From Nitrosopumilales archaeon (GTDB taxonomy: Archaea; Thermoproteota; Nitrososphaeria; Nitrososphaerales; Nitrososphaeraceae), in NCBI GenBank assembly GCA_044507735.1, contig JBIQJB010000031.1:1-22545 (forward strand): a DNA stretch of 22,545 nucleotides, in the 5' to 3' direction. Numbering within the stretch: position 1 is the stretch's first letter; each line of letters starts with the position of its first letter. Positions 16,151 through 22,545 of this stretch are shown here, piece by piece. The notes under the pieces were generated by a model. The model had not been told where the DNA came from. It did no database searches and saw only the letters and a list, made by a program, of their open reading frames with translations. The translations under genes and the position numbers were made by a program.

Positions 16151-16181
16151 TTAATAGCCACTCTCGGTCATCCTTTTCGTG

Positions 16182-16595
16182 ATGGCAAAGGCGTTCAATG
16201 GCAGGTCAGCCACCGACGAGTACATGTCTACCCACTCGCTTACCTTCTCCACCCCCGAGATGACTCTGCGAAAGTTTGCACTGTGGCTTGGCGAGCCAGT
16301 AAGCCTTCCCGGCGGAGAGCGGGGGCCGCGCCTCATGCTGTATCTTGAGGAAAAGAACGAAAGGAAAGCATCTGAGCTCATGCCCGATGTCGATGACTCT
16401 TTCAAGCCTACGGGGGCAGTGACTGAAATGTACCGCGGGCTTCCTTCGGCGCCCACCGATCAGACGTCTCCACCGCAGCTGACTCCGCTAGATAGGGAGA
16501 CTCTGGAGCCGGAGCAAAAGTTCTGCATCAGCTGCGGCAACAGGCTCAAGGCAAATGCCAAGTTCTGCACAAAATGCGGAAGCGCCCAGGGCTAG
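16182..16595 (+). CDS. Zinc-ribbon domain protein
   Basis: C-terminal CISCG...AKFCTKCG, 31 nt after the previous gene. Confidence 0.85.
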   Translation: MAKAFNGRSATDEYMSTHSLTFSTPEMTLRKFALWLGEPVSLPGGERGPRLMLYLEEKNERKASELMPDVDDSFKPTGAVTEMYRGLPSAPTDQTSPPQLTPLDRETLEPEQKFCISCGNRLKANAKFCTKCGSAQG

Positions 16596-16705
16596 CCCTT
16601 TTGTTTCTCTTTCATCTTCAGGTAGCATTCGTTGCACACAGTCTTTGAGAACAGGAAGTTGATCGAGTAGAATCTTACCCTGCCGCAGGACTCACACGTG
16701 CGCAT
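16592..16705 (-). CDS. 37-aa zinc-finger microprotein (not in ORF track)
   Basis: MRTCESCGRVRFYSINFLFSKTVCNECYLKMKEKQKG*, with two CxxC. Fills the gap exactly, with an AT-rich box at about 16734-16741. Confidence 0.65.
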   Translation of the reverse strand: MRTCESCGRVRFYSINFLFSKTVCNECYLKMKEKQKG

Positions 16706-16764
16706 ACATCTGTGTCTCTGATTGTAGGCCCAAGAATAAATAGTGTGTCGCGCTGATAGTCTCG

Positions 16765-17328
16765 GTGAAGCTGGTCATTACCGGCAACCCTGGAGTCGGC
16801 AAGCACACAAGTGCCAAGCTGATTGCGGAGAAAACCGGCGCGGAGATAGTCGACATAAACAGGGTTGCAATCGACAACGGGGCCATTGCAGAAAAGACAG
16901 AGCTGGGCCTCGAAGTCGACGTGAAAAAGTTACGAAGGCTGCTTGCAAAGATGCTCAAAGGAAAAAAAGATCAAATTGTCGTTGGGCACCTTGCGCCCTA
17001 TGTGCTAAAGCCTGCTGGAATAAGCATGGTCGCCGTGCTGAGGAGATCGCCATACGAGCTTGAAAAGACACTTGAGAAGAGGGGATACGACCATCACAAG
17101 GTCAATGAGAACTTGGCAAGCGAGACACTCGGCGTGTCGCTCTACGATTCGATAAAGACCTTTGGCAAACGCAAGGTCGTCGAGTTCGACACCACTGACA
17201 AGACGCCGGAGCAGACAGCGGATGAAATACTGCGCGCTATGCGCAAAAGGCCAAAGGCAGCCGGCAACATCGACTGGCTTGCAATGGTCTCTGAAAAAGA
17301 CGACCTGAAAAGGTTCTTTGAATACTGA
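16765..17328 (+). CDS. Atypical adenylate kinase, AK6/Fap7 family
   Basis: ITGNPGVGKHT P-loop, IVVGHL motif, LEKRGY...KVNEN, IDWL. Confidence 0.88.
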   Translation: MKLVITGNPGVGKHTSAKLIAEKTGAEIVDINRVAIDNGAIAEKTELGLEVDVKKLRRLLAKMLKGKKDQIVVGHLAPYVLKPAGISMVAVLRRSPYELEKTLEKRGYDHHKVNENLASETLGVSLYDSIKTFGKRKVVEFDTTDKTPEQTADEILRAMRKRPKAAGNIDWLAMVSEKDDLKRFFEY

Positions 17329-17401
17329 GGCGTTGTGCTCTTACACGCACAATTAGTTTGCAAAGCTTGCTTGTGTCAATGAGGAAGCATTTGCATGGCC
17401 T

Positions 17402-17917
17402 CTATTGCCCAACGACTCTGATATGGTAGTTGTAGTAAGCACTTCCCACGTCAGTGTGGTAGCCAGCCCAGATAGCCTGCACGTCGAGAATATAGTCGCC
17501 TTCATCCAAGTCTATCACAAACTTGGTGCTGTTCAGCTTCTGAGCAACCATTTCCTGCTTTGGTGTGAAAATACGGTCCTCTTCCAATTCACTTGCTAGC
17601 ACCCTGTAGAGTTGGCTTGGCTGCAAGTATCCGGCGACTCTTACAGAGACCTCCGAGCCTTTCTCTACTATAGCTAGGTCTTGGGGCATGCGAAAGTAGG
17701 TGTCGGTGCATCCATTGGCAAAACAAAAACTACCTTTCTCTCCGCTGTATTGCTTCCCGTCAACTATGAGAAACATGTTGGGTGGTTTCGTATGCAATGA
17801 ATTTGAAGAAAGGCTGTATTCTGCCAATGCAATCGCTACAATGAAAATGACACCAAGAACCAAGCCTGCAATTACTGGCGCTGTCGTGCCGCTACCGCTC
17901 AAACATGTGCTGGTCAT
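17402..17917 (-). CDS. Membrane-anchored hypothetical protein
   Basis: APVIAGLVLGVIFIVAIA anchor resembles that of 6090..6542, followed by a beta-rich ectodomain. Confidence 0.7.
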   Translation of the reverse strand: MTSTCLSGSGTTAPVIAGLVLGVIFIVAIALAEYSLSSNSLHTKPPNMFLIVDGKQYSGEKGSFCFANGCTDTYFRMPQDLAIVEKGSEVSVRVAGYLQPSQLYRVLASELEEDRIFTPKQEMVAQKLNSTKFVIDLDEGDYILDVQAIWAGYHTDVGSAYYNYHIRVVGQ

Positions 17918-18208
17918 TTGCCGCTATTCATTAGCCTTTGGCTATTGCATCAACCTCTCGATTTCTGCAGTTATTTGCCTCTCCAGATCTTCTATCTTGA
18001 TTTGCTGGACCATTTTCCGTTCTAGAGTCTGCCTTGATGTGGCCGTCCTTGTCGATGTCGAGTTTTACTGTGCTCTCTGCATCAATCCCTTCTTTGCTGT
18101 ACTCACACCGGATCGCACTGGAACACTGATTTTTCGGGGTCTTGCAGCCATTTACTGCCTCGATTTAAAAATTCGTATATATACTGCTAGAAAGCTAACT
18201 GTCACTCA

Positions 18209-18622
18209 ATGGCTGCAGTTGTTACCCGCAAATTTGGAGAGGAGACGTTCCAGTTCCTTGGAAAAAAGGTCTCCGTAGAAACTTCGGATAATAGAGTTTA
18301 CAATGCAACTCTTGCTGGAATTGACGAAAGACTTGACATTGTGCTTGACAGCGTCGAAGGTCACGGCATAACAAAAATGATAATCAACGGCGCATTTGTC
18401 AAGGAGATAAGGCTGATGGAAAAGCCGTTCGACTTTAAGGCGCTTGCAGATAGGCTGTCAAGAGTCTTCCCTGGACTGGTAAAGATCCGCGAAGACGTCG
18501 GCGCGATAATCGTCATGGACAAGATAAAGGTGACCCAGTTCGGCGTGGAAGAAGGCACGGGCCTCGTGGCAGACAGGGTAAAATCCATCTTTGACGAGTT
18601 CATGAAGGAGACAAAGAGGTAG
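18209..18622 (+). CDS. Lsm/Sm-like RNA-binding protein with a C-terminal extension (SmAP3 type)
   Basis: Sm1 LGKKVSV...YNATLAGID..LDIVL, Sm2 MIINGAFVKEI, and an extra C-terminal domain. TATATA at about 18176-18183. Confidence 0.88.
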   Translation: MAAVVTRKFGEETFQFLGKKVSVETSDNRVYNATLAGIDERLDIVLDSVEGHGITKMIINGAFVKEIRLMEKPFDFKALADRLSRVFPGLVKIREDVGAIIVMDKIKVTQFGVEEGTGLVADRVKSIFDEFMKETKR

Positions 18623-18626
18623 GGTT

Positions 18627-20147
18627 GTGTTCGAGGTCCGGTACTCGGATCTGGCGGCCCGCATAGGGAGGCTTGAGACGCCCCACGGAGTCGTCGAGAC
18701 TCCTGCTTTTGTACCTGTCGTGCACCCTGTAAGGCAGACTGTCAGCACCCAGTTTTTGAAAAAGATGGGCTTTCAAATCGTCATCACCAATGCATACATC
18801 ACGCTCAGGCACTACGGCGACGAAGCGAGAAAGCGCGGCATACACGACATCATTGGCTACGACGGCGCGGTCATGACTGATTCTGGCGGCTACCAGGTGC
18901 TGGAATATGGCTCGGTAGAAGTAGAGCCGGCCACGATGGCACAGTTTGAAAAGGACATCAGAAGCGACATACCGATCCCGCTTGACAAGCCCACCGGTTA
19001 CGGCCTTGACTATGAACGTGCCAAACAATACGTCGCAATTACGCTCAAGAACTCGAAAGAAACCCTAGACGTTGTAGGCGACACAGACGCAATATGGGTT
19101 GCTCCCGTGCAGGGCGCCGAGCACACCGACCTTGTCGAGTACTCTGCAAGGGAGCTCGACAGGATGGGGTTCAAGCTGATGGCGCTTGGCAGCCCCGTCG
19201 AGCTGATGGAAGCGTACGAATTTGCAACGCTTGCTCGCATGATAGTCGCCGCCAAGAAGGTGATCCCAAGCAAGCCCGTCCACCTGTTTGGCGCCGGCCA
19301 CCCGCTCACCATTCCACTTGCAGTCGCACTTGGCTGCGACATGTTTGACTCGGCCTCCTACATGCTATATGCAAAAGACGGCAGGTACATGACTCCAAAC
19401 GGCACTGTCAGGCTGGAAGAACTTGCATACCTGCCGTGCCAGTGTCCTGTGTGCTCCTCCTGCAGCCTGCAGGAGCTGCGCGGGATGCAGGGGGATGAGC
19501 GCACCGTCGAGGTGGCAAAGCACAACCTGCACGTGCTCAAGGCCGAAGTCGACCTGGTCAAGCAGGCCATAATGGATGGCAGGCTGTGGGAATACGTGAT
19601 GCAAAAGGCCAGGGCCCATCCGAAATTGATGGAAGCCGTACAGCTCTTCAAGGACATCGAGATGCTTGAGGCAGGCACTCCTCTCTTCAAACAAAAGGCG
19701 ATCTTTTTCTACGAGCCAATAGACCAATACAGGCCGGAGGCCAAGAGGTTCCGAAGAGCGGTGGATGCATTCAAGTCAAGCAAGAGAAAGCTCGTGCTCT
19801 GCCCAGAGGGAGAGCTCCATCCGTTTTACGCCACCCGAATCTACAGGGAAGTCGTGAAGAGGTTCCCTGACGCGCAGGTGTGCAGTTACAGCCCTTTCCT
19901 TGGGATAATCCCTGCCGAAATATCGGATGTCTTTCCGGCGTCACACAACCTTGCGCCGCGGTCAGGCCAGAGGGTGGGGGACTATCCGACCTTTACAGAA
20001 TCTCTGGCAAAGTTTGCAAGCAGATTTGAAGAAGTTGTCATAGTGGCCAACGACTTCATGAGGGAAGCAGCAGCGGCATCAGCAGTCGCCGGGGCGGGGG
20101 CCACAGGGCTAAATGCCCGTCTGGTCAATGACATTTCAGAGCTTTGA
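18627..20147 (+). CDS. tgtA: Archaeosine tRNA-guanine(15) transglycosylase
   Basis: ETPAFVPV, TDSGGYQ, PVHLFGAGHP, LGCDMFDSA, zinc site CQCPVC...HN. No recognisable C-terminal PUA domain. Confidence 0.94.
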   Translation: MFEVRYSDLAARIGRLETPHGVVETPAFVPVVHPVRQTVSTQFLKKMGFQIVITNAYITLRHYGDEARKRGIHDIIGYDGAVMTDSGGYQVLEYGSVEVEPATMAQFEKDIRSDIPIPLDKPTGYGLDYERAKQYVAITLKNSKETLDVVGDTDAIWVAPVQGAEHTDLVEYSARELDRMGFKLMALGSPVELMEAYEFATLARMIVAAKKVIPSKPVHLFGAGHPLTIPLAVALGCDMFDSASYMLYAKDGRYMTPNGTVRLEELAYLPCQCPVCSSCSLQELRGMQGDERTVEVAKHNLHVLKAEVDLVKQAIMDGRLWEYVMQKARAHPKLMEAVQLFKDIEMLEAGTPLFKQKAIFFYEPIDQYRPEAKRFRRAVDAFKSSKRKLVLCPEGELHPFYATRIYREVVKRFPDAQVCSYSPFLGIIPAEISDVFPASHNLAPRSGQRVGDYPTFTESLAKFASRFEEVVIVANDFMREAAAASAVAGAGATGLNARLVNDISEL

Positions 20148-20800
20148 CTACGCAGGATGCAATAAGGCTGCAGAAAGAAATTGCGGAAAAGGTGGTCGTG
20201 CGCGACGAGCTTGGGTTTGAGAGTGTCCGCCGGGTCTGCGGAGTAGATGTTGCATACGACGGCGACATCGCATACTGTTCGGCAGTTGTGATAGAAATAA
20301 AAGGAGAAGGAGAAGGCGGAGAACAAAAAGCAAAAGACAGAGGGTCGGCGGCAGCGGTAGTAGTAGACTCGGCCGACCTGCAAACACACATCAAGTTTCC
20401 ATACATTCCGGGGCTATTGATGCTGAGAGAAGCCGAGCCAGTCATCAGCACGCTTGCGCTGCTCAAGAAAGGCTATGACCTGTTGATGGTCGATGGCCAC
20501 GGGCGGCTGCACCCAAGGAAATGCGGCCTTGCCTGCTACCTTGGAGTCACGCTTGACAAGCCGACGATTGGGGTTGCAAAGAGCCGGCTCTGCGGAACAG
20601 TACGGCCGGACTGTTACGTGGAGATGAAAGGAGAGGTCCTTGGCTATCTAATCAACGACAAGACCTACGTCAGCGTCGGCCACAAGGTAAGCCTGGAAAC
20701 CGCTATAGCAATCGTGAAAAGGCTCGGGATAGAGCCGCTTCGCCTGGCCGACATCAACTCTAAAGCGCAAAAAAGGAGAGGAAAAGGGCTCAAGCGCTGA
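20144..20800 (+). CDS. nfi: Endonuclease V
   Basis: GVDVAY, FPYIPGLLMLRE, VDGHGRLHPRKCGLA, PTIGVAKS, YVSVGH. Overlaps the tgtA stop. Confidence 0.95.
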   Translation: MTTQDAIRLQKEIAEKVVVRDELGFESVRRVCGVDVAYDGDIAYCSAVVIEIKGEGEGGEQKAKDRGSAAAVVVDSADLQTHIKFPYIPGLLMLREAEPVISTLALLKKGYDLLMVDGHGRLHPRKCGLACYLGVTLDKPTIGVAKSRLCGTVRPDCYVEMKGEVLGYLINDKTYVSVGHKVSLETAIAIVKRLGIEPLRLADINSKAQKRRGKGLKR

Positions 20801-20915
20801 CTGTCATTGGCTGCTCTTCTGCCGTCGTGACCCTCTCGAGCTCGGGCTCTTCGGCTGGTATCAAATTCTTGACCTTGCCCTTCTGCCTGTGTTCGTAATA
20901 CATGTAGTCACACAT
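20790..20915 (-). CDS. 41-aa hypothetical microprotein (not in ORF track)
   Basis: MCDYMYYEHRQKGKVKNLIPAEEPELERVTTAEEQPMTVSA*, convergent with nfi. BRE/TATA-like AAAAAGGCTTATC about 30 nt upstream. Confidence 0.45.
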   Translation of the reverse strand: MCDYMYYEHRQKGKVKNLIPAEEPELERVTTAEEQPMTVSA

Positions 20916-21023
20916 ATGTTGGTCAGATAATACACAGCATGAAAGATAAGCCTTTTTCGTGATGCGAAAACTGATGATGAAAATAAAAATGAAAAAGGAA
21001 GGAATTTTTTCTTTCCTTCGGAC

Positions 21024-21317
21024 TTAACCTTCTTCCCAGCCCTTGCTGAACACACCGTTCTTGTGCAGCGGGACTGGCTGTCCTGGAGTGTATTGCATTG
21101 GCCTCATCCAGAAGATAGCGTGTGTTGGGCATACGCCTACACAAGCACCGTCTGAAATGCATCTCTCTGGATAAAAGACGAATGCCTTACCCCTCTTCCA
21201 GCCTTCTACTGGTTTTACCCTGAGAACGTCCGGGCCGAGGGCAGTGCAAATCTCTACACAGAGCGCACAGCCAATGCATCTTTGCTCATCGACGTCTGGA
21301 AGTATAGCAATTGGCAT
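21024..21317 (-). CDS. Dicluster 4Fe-4S ferredoxin
   Basis: CIGCALCVEIC and CISDGACVGVCP (Cys replaced by Asp in the second motif). Confidence 0.93.
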   Translation of the reverse strand: MPIAILPDVDEQRCIGCALCVEICTALGPDVLRVKPVEGWKRGKAFVFYPERCISDGACVGVCPTHAIFWMRPMQYTPGQPVPLHKNGVFSKGWEEG

Positions 21318-21472
21318 CTAAATTCACTTACACGTCAGTATTGTTCGAAACTATTTAAACCCTATGGGTACGGCAAAACGCTGTTATAACAACACAACAA
21401 CCAAGCTGCGAGCAAGCCAAACGCTGCGCTAATTGCAGGATAAAATAAAGGAAAAAGAGAAAAGAAAATTTC

Positions 21473-21691
21473 TTACTTGTTCATGCGGAGAACGTCGACT
21501 TGGCCACTGTGCAGCCAGTCCTTGAGCTCTTCATGAGTTGGCTTGGCATCGTGCTTGCCTTGCAAGTGAAGATGCAGAAGGACATAGTTAACCTGATTTA
21601 GCAATGGCTTGTTTTGTTCGTCGCCCTTGCGAGCCTTTTCCTTCAAGTCAGCTGGTACAGTTCTCCACCAGTCATCAAATTTCCTAACCAT
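21473..21691 (-). CDS. Small hypothetical protein
   Basis: MVRKFDDWW...QVDVLRMNK. ATG at 21691 fits TTATTAAG at 21713-21720. Confidence 0.7.
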   Translation of the reverse strand: MVRKFDDWWRTVPADLKEKARKGDEQNKPLLNQVNYVLLHLHLQGKHDAKPTHEELKDWLHSGQVDVLRMNK

Positions 21692-21822
21692 AACACCAGA
21701 GTGAAAACCGAACTTAATAAGCCTTTTGGGATTTTTCAAACGGTGTTATATCGGCAAGATTACAATGGATTCAGATGCAGATTAGAAGTATTATATGATT
21801 GGAGTAGAACAAAAAAAGCTTG

Positions 21823-22545
21823 ATGCCTTTTGCGATTCAGGACCTGCAGAGCGCCTACAAAGCTTATCTCCAGTTTATGGATCGCAGGCCACCAGCGCAT
21901 CACGCACGCTACATCTTTCCGTTCTTCACGGGGTCGTATTTCACCTACCGCAAGGTGGATGTGAAGAGGGTGGTGGCGATCGCCCGGTCAGTTTCCGAAA
22001 GCCCGACTTATGTCGATGTGGGCTGCGGCTATGGAGACTTTCTTGAGAAGGTGCGAAAATATCTGCCAAACGCGGAAGGAATCGAAAAGGAAGGAGGCAT
22101 CTTTTACGCATTCAATGTGGTCAAGCCGGACCACATCAGACTCATGCCAGTCGAAGGGCTTTCAGTGCCTGTAGACGTCGCATTTGTCGGCTGGATGGAG
22201 CCGGGGCAGGACTTTCGCAGGTTTGTTGCAAAGCATGCCCGGTGCGTCATCACCACATTCGACGCAGGCGGCCAGTGCGGGATAAACGGTGGCTGCGAGT
22301 ATGAAGAGTTTGGCTATGAACGGATCGCCTGGTGGAGGACGCCATCGTGGATCGACGTCAACACGGAACTCATGAACCGCTACTATACGCCTTCACTTGA
22401 CGACAAAAGGAAGGAGGAGCTTGCACGCCTCCGAGGCGCACACAACTTTTGGTACGTGTATGCAAGGCCTGAGTTTGCCGGCAGAGTGAAGTCTGGCCTC
22501 AGGTCGCATCTTGACAGGGGAGAAGACCCGGAAGACCGGTTTGAT
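21823..22545 (+). CDS. Class I SAM-dependent methyltransferase-like protein, truncated by the window end (not in ORF track)
   Basis: Open frame MPFAIQDLQ...TYVDVGCGYGDFL...AEGIE running to the window edge. TTATAT at about 21791-21796. Confidence 0.82.
   Translation, partial: MPFAIQDLQSAYKAYLQFMDRRPPAHHARYIFPFFTGSYFTYRKVDVKRVVAIARSVSESPTYVDVGCGYGDFLEKVRKYLPNAEGIEKEGGIFYAFNVVKPDHIRLMPVEGLSVPVDVAFVGWMEPGQDFRRFVAKHARCVITTFDAGGQCGINGGCEYEEFGYERIAWWRTPSWIDVNTELMNRYYTPSLDDKRKEELARLRGAHNFWYVYARPEFAGRVKSGLRSHLDRGEDPEDRFD

Noticed and set aside
14006-20466. Many antisense or alternate-frame ORFs in the track (e.g. 14006..14488, 14699..15142, 17700..18278, 18600..19028)
   Set aside because: Shadows of well-supported genes in GC-rich coding DNA.

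Overview
Archaeal DNA that best fits an ammonia-oxidising thaumarchaeote of the Nitrososphaera type. This is inferred from a PEFG-CTERM-like tail, a stand-alone A/V-ATPase subunit C, a plastocyanin-like surface domain, arcTGT, SmAP3 and TATA boxes about 25-30 nt before leaderless starts. Bases 1-8260 are mostly accessory: a compact IS200/IS605 tnpB with a rearranged (Fanzor-like) RuvC site, a Fic protein and paralogous membrane-anchored proteins, several of them broken. Bases 8260-22545 are mainly core genes: pyrI, an ArsR/CcdA/thioredoxin cluster, a DEAD-box helicase, zinc-ribbon proteins, AK6, Lsm, tgtA, nfi, ferredoxin and a methyltransferase. The main finding is a 368-bp IS200/IS605-type element at 2986-3353 with no transposase or nuclease gene. 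It has both end hairpins, a derivable TTAT insertion motif and its own TATA box. It carries an omegaRNA scaffold that covaries stem for stem with the one at the tnpB 3' end, plus an extra 48-nt stem-loop and a new structured 5' domain, so it is a candidate trans-acting guide-RNA cassette for the neighbouring TnpB. All folds and alignments were done by eye and no database searches were run.
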